A stretch of DNA of 34,685 nucleotides from Deltaproteobacteria bacterium. Lineage in GTDB: Bacteria > SAR324 > NAC60-12. The notes under the pieces were generated by a model. The model ran no database searches. It was not told the origin of the DNA and saw only the letters and a list, made by a program, of their open reading frames with translations. The stretch is from assembly GCA_038150265.1 (NCBI GenBank), contig JAYOTF010000036.1, positions 1-34,685 of the forward strand, read 5' to 3'. The translations under genes were made by a program, and so were the position numbers. Numbering within the stretch: position 1 is the stretch's first letter; every line of letters starts with the position of its first letter. Shown in pieces: positions 1 to 8,676 of the stretch.

Positions 1-118
1 GGAGGTGGAGCAGGCTCTGGACTCAACAGAATACCTGCTCCCCGGGGGCTTTCCAAACCGCAACCGGATGCGGGAAAGCATTGATGCCGCTCTGGAAGAG
101 GTCCGCAGCGGCTTTTAG
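1..118 (+). CDS. 3' end of a CDS entering from the left (…EVEQALDSTEYLLPGGFPNRNRMRESIDAALEEVRSGF*), product unknown
   Basis: Frame starting at nt 2 is open to TAG 116-118 and converges tightly on the stop of the DUF3501 gene at 124; too short to assign. Confidence 0.45.
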   Translation, partial: EVEQALDSTEYLLPGGFPNRNRMRESIDAALEEVRSGF

Positions 119-123
119 CAGAG

Positions 124-675
124 TTAGGCGAGGTCGGCTTTCAGGGCCGCTTTTTGCTCTGGAAGCAGATCGAACTCAAGGCGCATCTCCGGATGCTCGC
201 AGCCCAGGGAAACCGGCGCCGCTCCCTGGGTGTCGAACTTGAGGTACTGCACCGACGAGAGGCGCTCGTCTCCCACCTGGCGGGCATCGAACTGCGCATA
301 AGCCCGCTTCCCATTTTCCAACGCCAGGTACAGCTTCTCCGGGAGCCCCAGCAGCTTCCGCAGCTGCACGTCTCGCTCTTCCGGAGTGGCATACTCGATC
401 AGGAGCACGCAGCCCAGCTCTCCGGACTCACCAATCAGCTCATTGTAGGTGTCCACTTCGTGCTGAATGGCCGACTCCTTGACCAGCCGCTCCGTCCGGA
501 CCATTTCCTGAATCTGGTACCGCACCGTGTCCGTGTTTTCAAACAGGAAGGTCAGGTGTTCGCCCACATGGATGCGGCGGGCTTCCTTGGTCTTCAAGAT
601 GGTGGCACGAATGGCATCGCGCTGCTCCTCATAGGTTTCGTAATCCAAAATTTCACTGCGTTGTACTTTTTGCAT
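124..675 (-). CDS. DUF3501 family protein
   Basis: Motifs RRIHVGEHLTFLFENTDTVRYQIQEM and LSSVQYLKF; third gene of the rubrerythrin / Fe-S oxidoreductase / DUF3501 triad; GGAG RBS. Confidence 0.85.
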   Translation of the reverse strand: MQKVQRSEILDYETYEEQRDAIRATILKTKEARRIHVGEHLTFLFENTDTVRYQIQEMVRTERLVKESAIQHEVDTYNELIGESGELGCVLLIEYATPEERDVQLRKLLGLPEKLYLALENGKRAYAQFDARQVGDERLSSVQYLKFDTQGAAPVSLGCEHPEMRLEFDLLPEQKAALKADLA

Positions 676-676
676 G

Positions 677-2053
677 CTACGACTCCTGATTCGGGGGAAC
701 GACTTTTTGAGGGAATCCGTCCTCGCGGTACGCCCGGGCCAAAATGGTCATCGGGTGCAGCGGACGGACTCCTGCGAACTGCTTAAACTGAATGGCCGCC
801 AACGGGCAGTCGGTGGCCCACACCTCGGCATTGCCTTCCTTCATGCCGTCAAAGGCTTTCTGCCCAATGCGTCCGGAGTCTTCAAACGACTCCACCTTCA
901 TGGCAAAGGTGCCATCGTGGCCGCAGCACTCCATGGTTGTGCTGGCTTTCACCCCGGGAATCTGACGCAGCAGGTCGCGTCCCTTGAAGCCCACGCTTTG
1001 GGCCCGGAGGTGGCACGGCGCGTGGTAGGACACCTTTTCTCCGGGGGTGCTTCTGAAGTTCTTGTTGAACCGCTCTTCCTTGCGGATGTCCCACAGGAAG
1101 TCCGTCGGGTTCTGGATGGCAGCAGCCAGCTTCTTCGCCCGCTCCCGGTCTGCGCCGGCAAGGAGTTCCGGATACTCGCGGGCCATCATCATGGAGCAGG
1201 TGGGGTTGATCGCCAGCACCTTGGCTCCTGACTCCACATACGGCATGAGGATGTCCAGGTTGTGCCTGGCCTGCTTGCGAACCTGTTCCAGATCGCCTTG
1301 CTCCCAAGACGGCATGCCGCAGCACTGAAGCCCCTTGGCGCATGCACAGCGGACCTGGCTCTTTTCCAGCACATTGAGGGTGTCGAAGCCAATCTCGGGC
1401 TCGTTGTTCTGCACATAGCAGGTTTGGAAGAGCACGGCTTCCACCTGGTTCGAGGCGCTCTGCACCTTGCCCTGATCCTCCGCCTGCCTCTCAAAGGTCT
1501 GGCTCGCAAAGTCCGGAAGGTCCTTGTCTCGGTGAATGCCCAGCACCTTTTCCATGAGCCAGCGGTGGGCCTGCACCCGGTTCATCACATTGGCCATGCC
1601 GAAGCTGGCCCGGGCGGCCTTGGCGGAAGCGTCCGGATTTCCCAGCACCTTGTCGCGCAGGGTCGGGGTCTTCTTCTTGGCTTCCTGTGCCTTGTAGCGG
1701 TGGACCAGCTTGGGGAAATCGAGCTGGAACTCGTGTCCGTCGCGGGGCGTGTAGGGACACTGCACCTCACAGAGCTTGCACTGGAAGCAGGCGTCCATGA
1801 TCCGGGACGTGTCCTGATCGTTGACACGCCGGACGTCGCCGTCGTAGCGGTTGTCCAGCAGGTCGAAGAGAATCGGAAAGGAGTCGCAGTACTTGAAGCA
1901 CATGCGGCACCCGTGGCACAGCTCATAAGCTCGCGTCAGCTCCTTCTGCAGCGCACCCGAGTCCCAGTACTTGGGCTCGTCCGGGTCATACGAAAGCCCG
2001 TCGGTGGGGGCGTAGGAGATTCGTTCGTCTGTGCTCATATCCAATTCAGTCAC
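677..2053 (-). CDS. Fe-S oxidoreductase (GlpC/heterodisulfide-reductase-like with CCG domains; rubrerythrin-associated)
   Basis: CHGCRMCFKYC and CFQCKLCEVQCP 4Fe-4S motifs, two CCG motifs (QCCGMP, ECCGHDG); start may be ATG 2038 rather than GTG 2053. Confidence 0.88.
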   Translation of the reverse strand: MTELDMSTDERISYAPTDGLSYDPDEPKYWDSGALQKELTRAYELCHGCRMCFKYCDSFPILFDLLDNRYDGDVRRVNDQDTSRIMDACFQCKLCEVQCPYTPRDGHEFQLDFPKLVHRYKAQEAKKKTPTLRDKVLGNPDASAKAARASFGMANVMNRVQAHRWLMEKVLGIHRDKDLPDFASQTFERQAEDQGKVQSASNQVEAVLFQTCYVQNNEPEIGFDTLNVLEKSQVRCACAKGLQCCGMPSWEQGDLEQVRKQARHNLDILMPYVESGAKVLAINPTCSMMMAREYPELLAGADRERAKKLAAAIQNPTDFLWDIRKEERFNKNFRSTPGEKVSYHAPCHLRAQSVGFKGRDLLRQIPGVKASTTMECCGHDGTFAMKVESFEDSGRIGQKAFDGMKEGNAEVWATDCPLAAIQFKQFAGVRPLHPMTILARAYREDGFPQKVVPPNQES

Positions 2054-2090
2054 AATGGTTGAGGCGGGCAGGGGTTGCCCAGGCCAGGAG

Positions 2091-2119
2091 CCCGGAAGGG
2101 GGCGGGAGCCACTTCCGGG
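2091..2119. other. Intergenic stem-loop between rubrerythrin and Fe-S oxidoreductase
   Basis: CCCGGAAG…CTTCCGGG 8-bp stem plus inner GGC/GCC; no U-tract, so more likely an mRNA-stabilising or attenuating hairpin. Confidence 0.4.
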
Positions 2120-2133
2120 ACAGGTCAGGAGGC

Positions 2134-2553
2134 TCAGGAAATGCTGTCAAGCATTTGCTGGAAGCGTCCGGCGTGAGACTTCTCGGCCTTGGCCAGGGTC
2201 TCAAACCAGTCTGCAATCTCCGGGAAGCCCTCGTCACGAGCGGTCTTTGCCATGCCCGGGTACATGTCGGTGTACTCGTGGGTCTCACCTGCAATGGAAG
2301 CCTTCAGGTTGTCCGCGGTGTCACCAATCGGCAGACCAGTGGCTGGGTCTCCGACCTTGCGGAGGTAGTCGAGGTGACCGTGCGCGTGGCCGGTTTCGCC
2401 TTCTGCCGTCTCGCGGAAGTTTCCGGCGACCTCAGGGTAGCCCTCGACGTCAGCAATTTTGGCCATCCACAGGTAGCGGCGGTTGGCTTGGGATTCTCCA
2501 GCAAAGGCTTCTTTGAGGTTCTCGTGGGTCTTCGTCCCTGTCAGGTTTGACAT
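2134..2553 (-). CDS. rbr: Rubrerythrin (short, di-iron domain only)
   Basis: [41 protein letters not shown]; no C-terminal rubredoxin CxxC pairs; AGGAG RBS. Confidence 0.93.
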   Translation of the reverse strand: MSNLTGTKTHENLKEAFAGESQANRRYLWMAKIADVEGYPEVAGNFRETAEGETGHAHGHLDYLRKVGDPATGLPIGDTADNLKASIAGETHEYTDMYPGMAKTARDEGFPEIADWFETLAKAEKSHAGRFQQMLDSIS

Positions 2554-2639
2554 GGCTTCTCCTTACAAGATTGAGTTGATTGAGTAGGGTTATACGTAAA
2601 CGTACCATTCCACGCTATCGCAATTCCGGGCTTTCTCCA

Positions 2640-2676
2640 ATCGTTTATTTCTATCTATACGATAGGCAGGGGCTAT
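2640..2676. promoter_or_regulatory. OxyR-type (LysR) binding site
   Basis: ATCG-N7-CTAT-N7-ATAG-N7-CTAT matches 15/16 defined positions of the oxidised-OxyR consensus ATAG-N7-CTAT-N7-ATAG-N7-CTAT; lies between divergent rbr and tpx. Confidence 0.8.
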
Positions 2677-2808
2677 GAGTCGAACGTGAAAAATCGCTTG
2701 TCAAACGTTCCCACCTCACCCAGACTTTTCAAGGATCATCCCCTTCGCGCCCATCTCCGACCCGATGCGTTGCGAGTTCTCTTCACTCATGTCTGTCAAG
2801 GAGTTCCT

Positions 2809-3306
2809 ATGGCTGAAATTACCCTTCGCGGTGAAGTCCAACACACCTGCGGCGACCTCCCGGCTGCGGGAAGCACCCCTGCCTTCACCCTCGTCGGCGG
2901 CGACCTCGGCGCCGTGACCCACGAGTCCCTCAAGGGCAAAAACGTCATCCTCAACATCTTCCCCAGCATCGACACCCCCACCTGCGCCCAGTCGGTCCGG
3001 ACCTTCAATGAAAACGCCGCTGGCCAGGACAACACCGTTGTCGTCTGTGTGTCGGCCGACCTGCCCTTTGCGCAAACCCGCTTCTGTGGTGCGGAAGGCA
3101 TTGAAAACGTGACCGTCGCCTCGACCTTCCGGAACCCGGAATTTGGCACCGACTTCGGTGTGCGCATTGAAGACGGTCCGCTCGCTGGCCTGCTCGCCCG
3201 GGCCATCGTTGTCCTCAACGGCTCCGGAGCGGTCACCCACACCGAGTTGGTTCCGGAAATTGCCAACGAGCCCAATTACGACGCGGCGCTTCAGGCCCTG
3301 CAATGA
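2809..3306 (+). CDS. tpx: Thiol peroxidase (atypical 2-Cys peroxiredoxin)
   Basis: FPSIDTPTCA, SADLPFAQTRFCG, EIANEPNYDAAL; ATG 2809 preceded by AAGGAG (ORF-track start 2686 is over-extended). Confidence 0.95.
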   Translation: MAEITLRGEVQHTCGDLPAAGSTPAFTLVGGDLGAVTHESLKGKNVILNIFPSIDTPTCAQSVRTFNENAAGQDNTVVVCVSADLPFAQTRFCGAEGIENVTVASTFRNPEFGTDFGVRIEDGPLAGLLARAIVVLNGSGAVTHTELVPEIANEPNYDAALQALQ

Positions 3307-3752
3307 CCCCTCCGGTGGTCCTCCGGGCGGTCCAGGAGTCGGATTACCCGGAGTGGAAGGCGCTTTATCAGCAGTATGCCGACTTCTATCAGGTTCCCAT
3401 GCCTCCCGAGGTTCTGGAAGCCGTCTGGGGTTGGCTGCAGGACCCTCAGCATGAAACCGAAGGACTCGTTGCCGAAGACGCCGGACACCTCGTGGGCCTG
3501 GCGCATTTTCGACGCATGCCCAGCCCACTCCGAGGGAGTGACATCGGTTTTCTGGATGACCTGTTTGTCACTCCGGACGCTCGTGGCGAACGCCTGGGAG
3601 AGGCACTGATTGCGCGACTTGAGGAAATTGCTCGCGAACGCGGCTGGCCCAAAATCCGCTGGATCACCGCAGATGACAACTACCGGGCGCGTGGGCTCTA
3701 TGACCGCGTGGGGCAGAAGACCTCGTGGAACCTCTACGAGATCACCTGCTGA
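3303..3752 (+). CDS. GNAT family N-acetyltransferase
   Basis: LDDLFVTPDARGERLGEALI acetyl-CoA motif, RWITADDNYRARGLYD; ATGA overlap with tpx. Confidence 0.9.
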   Translation: MTPPVVLRAVQESDYPEWKALYQQYADFYQVPMPPEVLEAVWGWLQDPQHETEGLVAEDAGHLVGLAHFRRMPSPLRGSDIGFLDDLFVTPDARGERLGEALIARLEEIARERGWPKIRWITADDNYRARGLYDRVGQKTSWNLYEITC

Positions 3753-3770
3753 CTCCCGATGAACGTCGAC

Positions 3771-3812
3771 CTCAAGCACGGGAAGAGGCCCCGGCCCTTC
3801 CCGCTTGAGTTT
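3771..3812 (+). terminator. Probable intrinsic terminator of tpx-GNAT
   Basis: Bulged hairpin CTCAAG-ca-CGGGAAG-a-GGCC / GGCC-CTTCCCG-CTTGAG followed by a short TTT. Confidence 0.45.
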
Positions 3813-3918
3813 GCCTCTCCGCCTGCCGGATACTTTACTGTTTTGACCCCTTGCCCCCAGCAACCGGGTGGCAACCTCCTGAGCAGTCGCTCCTCGTTTC
3901 TCAGCACACATTCATGCC

Positions 3919-6390
3919 ATGGCACTTCTGACCCCCATTCGCTGGCTTCAGGACTTTGTTTCCTGCCCCCTCACTCCGGAAGAACTTGCGGAGCGATTGA
4001 CCATCTCTGGAATGGAGGTGGAAGGTGTGGCGCACATCGGCCAAAACTGGGGAGACCGCTGCCGGGTCGCCGAGGTGGTCGCTGTGGAGAAGCATCCGGA
4101 TGCCGACTCCCTCAGCCTGGTCACCGTGAAGTACGGCGACGAGGACTCCCTCCAGCTGGTCACCGGCGCCCCGAACATCCGGGCGCTCGAAGCCGGGCTT
4201 CCGGAGGCTCCCGTCAAGGTCGCGCTGGCGCTGACCGGCGCCAAGCTGATCAACCCTTACAAGGAAGGGCATCCGCTCACAGAGCTGAAGCCCTCGAAGA
4301 TCCGGGGCATTCGCTCAGAAGGCATGATCTGCTCCGAGCTGGAGCTTGGGATTGGCGAGTCTCATGAAGGCGTGCTCCTGCTTCCGGAAGAGGCCCCCAC
4401 AGGCGCGCTGCTGCAGGACTACCTCGGAGATGCCGTCCTCGATTTCGACATCAAGGGAGGCTTCGCGCACCTGCTTTCCATCCTTGGCATTGCCCGCGAA
4501 ACCGCAGCGATCCTGGATGTTCCTCTGAAACGAGAGGTGCTTCCGGAGGTATCGTCCCTCGAGGTGGTTGCTCAGCCGGACTACGTTGGACTGGAGATTG
4601 CGGATCCGGACCTCTGCCCACGCTACTCGGCCCTGCTCATCCGGGGGGTCAAGGTGGGACCTTCACCCTTCTGGATGCAGCAACGCCTACTCCGCTGTGG
4701 CATGCGTCCCATCAACAACATTGTCGACATCACCAACTACGTCATGCTGGAGCTGGGACAGCCGCTCCACGCCTTTGACTACCAGAAGCTTTGCGAGCGC
4801 GCAGGCGGACGCCCCACCATCATCGTGCGCCGGGCTCAGCCGGGAGAGACCCTGACCACACTGGATGACGTGGAGCGCAAGCTTGACGAAAACATGCTGA
4901 TGATCACCGACACCGCCGGACTGATTGCCATTGCCGGCATCATGGGGGGCGCCGACACCGAGGTTTCAGAAGACAGCACCGACATCCTGATCGAAGCGGC
5001 CAGCTTCGAGTTCCTCAACAACCGCCGCACGGTGCAGCAGCTGAAGCTCCGGACCGAAGCCGCTGAGCGCTTTGGGAAGCAGCTCGACCCCGACGGCACC
5101 CTGCCAGCGGCACTCCGAGCCGCGGAGCTGATGGCCGCCCATGGCGGAGGCACGCTCGAAGCCGTCGCTGGCGACCTCTACCCGGGACGTCCGGAGCCGG
5201 TCACGCTGCAGCTGGATCCGCACTACGTTCAGCGCCTCCTTGGCATTGACTTGCCTGTAGAAGAGATGATCCGGATCCTCAGAGCCCTTGAGTTTACGGT
5301 CACTCCGGGAGACGTGCTGCAGGTAAAGGTCCCCAACCACCGCCAGGATGTCCGCATTCCGGCAGATCTGGTGGAAGAGATCGTCCGCATCCACGGCTAC
5401 ACCCAGATGCCAGCCACCTTGATCCGGGATGAACTGCCGCCTCAGCGTCCCAATCCGGGTGTCGAAAACGCGGAGCGCATCCGGAACCTGCTCACCGGAC
5501 TCGGCCTGGATGAGATCATCACCTACTCCATGATTGATCCGCATGATGAGGCACGGCTGGCGCAGCAAGAGGCTCCGGACCTGACCCAGTTTGTGCCGCT
5601 CAAGAATCCGCTTTCCCAGGAGCGTACCCACCTGCGGCGCACCTTGCTTCCCGGAGCGCTGCAGACGGCTCGCTCCAACCTGCGTTTCCTGGATCGTGTG
5701 ACCCTGTTTGAAATCGGGAGCGTCTTCCACCCCCAGGCGGGCGAAGTCCTTCCGGCAGAACCCCGGCGCCTGAGCATTCTGCTGACTGGAGTCCGGCAAG
5801 CCGCAGGATGGCAAGAGGCCGAGGCCGGCAAACTGGACTTCTTCGACCTCAAGGGCCTGCTGGAGGAATTCTTTCAGGCCCTGCATCTCACCGTCCAGTG
5901 GGAGCAGGCACAGGAAGCGCCGTTTCATCCGGGACGCTGCGCCGCGCTGACGGTCAATGGCGAACCCATCGGCCACGCAGGCGAACTGCATCCGGAGCTG
6001 CGACACGCGTTTGAGCTTCCGGAACAACCGCTGGCGCTGGCACACTTCGACGTTGCCGCCTTGATGGCACAATCGGTCTCCGGATACCAGATGCAGGAAA
6101 TTTCTGCCTTTACGCCTGTGTTTGAGGACCTTGCCGTGGTGGTGGATGTGGACGTTCCAGCGGCTTCGGTTGAAGCCTTGCTGCATGAAGCCGGTGGGGC
6201 CCTGGTCCGCGAGGCCCGGCTGTTTGACGTCTATCAGGGCGAGCAGGTTCCTGCAGGCAAGAAGAGCCTGGCCTATGCCCTGACGTATCAGGCGACCGAC
6301 CGGACCCTCAGCGACAAAGACGTTGAGAAGACGCGCAAGCGCCTCATCAAGCGCCTGGAGCAAACCCTCGGTGCCTCCTTGAGAGCCTGA
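3919..6390 (+). CDS. pheT: Phenylalanine--tRNA ligase beta subunit
   Basis: HPDADSL tRNA-binding OB fold, RPINNIVDITNYVMLELGQPLHAFD (B3/4), DLVEEIVRIHGY (B5), LFDVYQG…GKKSLAY anticodon-binding domain. Confidence 0.97.
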   Translation: MALLTPIRWLQDFVSCPLTPEELAERLTISGMEVEGVAHIGQNWGDRCRVAEVVAVEKHPDADSLSLVTVKYGDEDSLQLVTGAPNIRALEAGLPEAPVKVALALTGAKLINPYKEGHPLTELKPSKIRGIRSEGMICSELELGIGESHEGVLLLPEEAPTGALLQDYLGDAVLDFDIKGGFAHLLSILGIARETAAILDVPLKREVLPEVSSLEVVAQPDYVGLEIADPDLCPRYSALLIRGVKVGPSPFWMQQRLLRCGMRPINNIVDITNYVMLELGQPLHAFDYQKLCERAGGRPTIIVRRAQPGETLTTLDDVERKLDENMLMITDTAGLIAIAGIMGGADTEVSEDSTDILIEAASFEFLNNRRTVQQLKLRTEAAERFGKQLDPDGTLPAALRAAELMAAHGGGTLEAVAGDLYPGRPEPVTLQLDPHYVQRLLGIDLPVEEMIRILRALEFTVTPGDVLQVKVPNHRQDVRIPADLVEEIVRIHGYTQMPATLIRDELPPQRPNPGVENAERIRNLLTGLGLDEIITYSMIDPHDEARLAQQEAPDLTQFVPLKNPLSQERTHLRRTLLPGALQTARSNLRFLDRVTLFEIGSVFHPQAGEVLPAEPRRLSILLTGVRQAAGWQEAEAGKLDFFDLKGLLEEFFQALHLTVQWEQAQEAPFHPGRCAALTVNGEPIGHAGELHPELRHAFELPEQPLALAHFDVAALMAQSVSGYQMQEISAFTPVFEDLAVVVDVDVPAASVEALLHEAGGALVREARLFDVYQGEQVPAGKKSLAYALTYQATDRTLSDKDVEKTRKRLIKRLEQTLGASLRA

Positions 6391-6749
6391 TGGGAAAACA
6401 CCTCGCCCATTTCCTTGCGGCGTTCCGGTACTCCATGGCGGGCTTTCGAGACACCTGGGGATCGGAGATGGCGTTCCGGCAGGAGGTCCTTCTGGCCTGT
6501 GTCCTTGTTCCGGGCGCCATGGTGCTCCCGGTCCCGCTGCTGGCCAAGCTGTACCTGATCGGCGCCATGCTGCTGGTGCTGATCACCGAGCTGCTCAATT
6601 CCGGCCTGGAAGCCATTGTGGACCTGGCGTCTCCCGGAAAGCACGACCTTGCCAAAAAGGCCAAGGATTGCGGAAGCGCGGCAGTCTTCATTGCCCTGGT
6701 GCACCTCGGAGCCGCCTGGGGACTGACCCTGTTCAACCTGACACGCTAA
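6390..6749 (+). CDS. dgkA: Diacylglycerol kinase
   Basis: EMAFRQE, ELLNSGLEAIVD, AKKAKDCGSAAV; three hydrophobic segments; TGATG overlap with pheT. Confidence 0.93.
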   Translation: MGKHLAHFLAAFRYSMAGFRDTWGSEMAFRQEVLLACVLVPGAMVLPVPLLAKLYLIGAMLLVLITELLNSGLEAIVDLASPGKHDLAKKAKDCGSAAVFIALVHLGAAWGLTLFNLTR

Positions 6750-6757
6750 CGTTTGCC

Positions 6758-7003
6758 ATGCACATCAAACTCCTGCCCTTTGCCGTGCTCAAGGAACACC
6801 TCCCCGCGGAAGGGCTCTCGCTTGAGCTTCCGGAAGGCGCCTCCGCCACCGACGCCCTTGAGGCCCTGGCGCAGCAGCATGAGGCCCTGGCCCCGCTGCT
6901 CAAGGTGACGCGGCTGGCCCATGAGGATGAATACGTCGCCAAGCGTGCGCCCCTGGTCGACGGCGCTGAATACTGCCTCATCCCTCCCGTCAGCGGCGGT
7001 TGA
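6758..7003 (+). CDS. moaD: MoaD/ThiS family sulfur carrier (molybdopterin synthase small subunit)
   Basis: 81 aa, MHIKLLPFAVLKE…LIPPVSGG with C-terminal Gly-Gly. Confidence 0.85.
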   Translation: MHIKLLPFAVLKEHLPAEGLSLELPEGASATDALEALAQQHEALAPLLKVTRLAHEDEYVAKRAPLVDGAEYCLIPPVSGG

Positions 7004-7022
7004 TTATTTTTGCGCCTTTTTC

Positions 7023-7064
7023 TTGCATCTTCTGGGAATCACTCTATGTTCATGCATTGAACAT
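7023..7064 (+). promoter_or_regulatory. Putative sigma70 promoter with overlapping palindromic operator
   Basis: TTGCAT (7023-7028)-N16-TATGTT (7045-7050); perfect inverted repeat ATGTTCA-N5-TGAACAT at 7046-7064 in an AT-rich gap. Confidence 0.6.
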
Positions 7065-7090
7065 TGCTGTTTTCCTAGAAGAATTGCCGC

Positions 7091-7654
7091 GTGACCCCTG
7101 AAGAACACCGAACCCTGAACCTGCTGGAAGCCGTGGAGGTCAGCCCCTCGGTCAATCAGCGCGAGTTGGCCAACCAACTGGGCATCTCTTTGGGGCTCAC
7201 CAACGCCTACCTCCAGAAAGTCCTCAAGAAGGGCCTCCTCCGGGCCACGCAGGTGGAACCGCGACGCTGGCTGTACTTCCTGACCCCACAGGGGGCCCTT
7301 GAGAAGAGCCGCCTCAGCGTCAACTACCTGCACCGGACCCTCGACTCCTTCCGGGACCTCCGGGCACGGACCGAAAAGCTCCTCCTCACCCTGGAAGACC
7401 AGCAGGTCAGCGGCATCCACCTCTGCGGAGATGGCGACCTCCTCGACATTGTTCAGCTCTGCCTGTCCGGCACCCAGATGAACCTGCTTTCCATTCTTCC
7501 GGAAGAGGAATTGCTGGCCAGTCAGTACCCGCTCCCGGTGCTTCGTTCCTCTGAGCGCGTGCTCATCGCGTCCCTGAGCCAGGGAGAAGCACTCGGCAGC
7601 TACCTCAAGGCCAACGGGCTCCTCGAAGGCAAGCACTGGGTCCAGTTCTACTGA
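7091..7654 (+). CDS. Winged-helix transcriptional regulator (MarR-like, EPS-associated type)
   Basis: NQRELANQLGISLGLTNAYL HTH, YFLTPQGALEKSRL wing; C-terminal Rossmann-like segment; GTG start. Confidence 0.85.
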   Translation: MTPEEHRTLNLLEAVEVSPSVNQRELANQLGISLGLTNAYLQKVLKKGLLRATQVEPRRWLYFLTPQGALEKSRLSVNYLHRTLDSFRDLRARTEKLLLTLEDQQVSGIHLCGDGDLLDIVQLCLSGTQMNLLSILPEEELLASQYPLPVLRSSERVLIASLSQGEALGSYLKANGLLEGKHWVQFY

Positions 7655-8676
7655 CGCTCCAGCGCCTGCAGCCGCTCCCGGATTCGCTCCACCAGTCCCT
7701 CATCCGTCAATAAACTCAGGCAGCCACCGTGCGGGCAGTCGCTTCCTCGACACGTCCGAGGCTCGGTGATCTCCGGAAGCAGCACCCACTGCCGCTGCTG
7801 ATACGGCCCCCAGCGACGGGGCGTGAAGGGCACCGCCGGACAGTAGAAGCTCAGCAGCGGACGGTTGAGTGCATCGGCCAGGTGAATGGGACCGGTGCTG
7901 CTGGCCAGCAGCAACTCCGCTGACCCCACGAGCTGCAGCATTTCCTCCAGCGAAAACCGCCCCGTGCGGTTCAGCACACGCGCCTCCGGAAATCCAGCCC
8001 GCAGCTGCTCAGCGAGCGAGGCGTCGTCAAAGCTTCCGGTCACCACCACCGCCCAGTCGGTTTCTCGCAGCAGCGTCTCAATCAGCAGGCGGTACTGGTG
8101 CAGTGACAGATTCGGCGCCGAGCCTCCGCTCCCGGGATGCAGAATCGCATAACGCGGAGGCAGCCCCTCGCGAACCTTCAGGGGCTCCGGAACCTGAAGA
8201 CGTGGGGAAAAGGCAAACTGCGCAGGAACGTCTTCCTGAAGCACCGGCTTGAGCAGCTCCAGGTTGTAATCGGCTTCATGCCGGGCACACTGACTGCGGT
8301 GCTGGCTCAGACGGTCCGTAAACAGAAACCGGTACCACCGATCGGCAGAGCCAATCCGCTGCGGAATGCCCGCCCACTTCAGCGGCAGGGCCAACTCCGG
8401 ACGCGGGTGAAAGAGGATGGCGGTAGAAAAATCCTGCTCCCGGAGTTCAGCAGCCAGCCGTCGCAGGCCCTTCCAGCCCCGGTGCTTCTGCGGATCATAC
8501 GTCAGGATCTGGTCGATGCCCTCGTAGTTCCGCAGGATCGGGTGCGTGTAGGTTCGGGCAAGGAAGCTGATGGATGCCTCGGGAAACCGCTCCCGCAATG
8601 CGGTCACCGCCGGAAGCGTGAGGACGGTGTCTCCAATGCGGTCGGTCCGGACCAGCAAAAAGCGCAGGCCCGTCAT
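7648..8676 (-). CDS. Glycosyltransferase family 9 (LPS heptosyltransferase-like)
   Basis: RTDRIGDTVLTLP, HPGSGGSA, STGPIHLA, RWGP motifs. Confidence 0.9.
   Translation of the reverse strand: MTGLRFLLVRTDRIGDTVLTLPAVTALRERFPEASISFLARTYTHPILRNYEGIDQILTYDPQKHRGWKGLRRLAAELREQDFSTAILFHPRPELALPLKWAGIPQRIGSADRWYRFLFTDRLSQHRSQCARHEADYNLELLKPVLQEDVPAQFAFSPRLQVPEPLKVREGLPPRYAILHPGSGGSAPNLSLHQYRLLIETLLRETDWAVVVTGSFDDASLAEQLRAGFPEARVLNRTGRFSLEEMLQLVGSAELLLASSTGPIHLADALNRPLLSFYCPAVPFTPRRWGPYQQRQWVLLPEITEPRTCRGSDCPHGGCLSLLTDEGLVERIRERLQALERQ

Noticed and set aside
2686..2808. N-terminal extensions in the ORF track (tpx; likewise 9480-9749, 19161-19274, 23766-23900, 27552-27671, 29872-29937)
   Set aside because: Downstream starts have clear RBS or stop-start overlaps and match family N-termini
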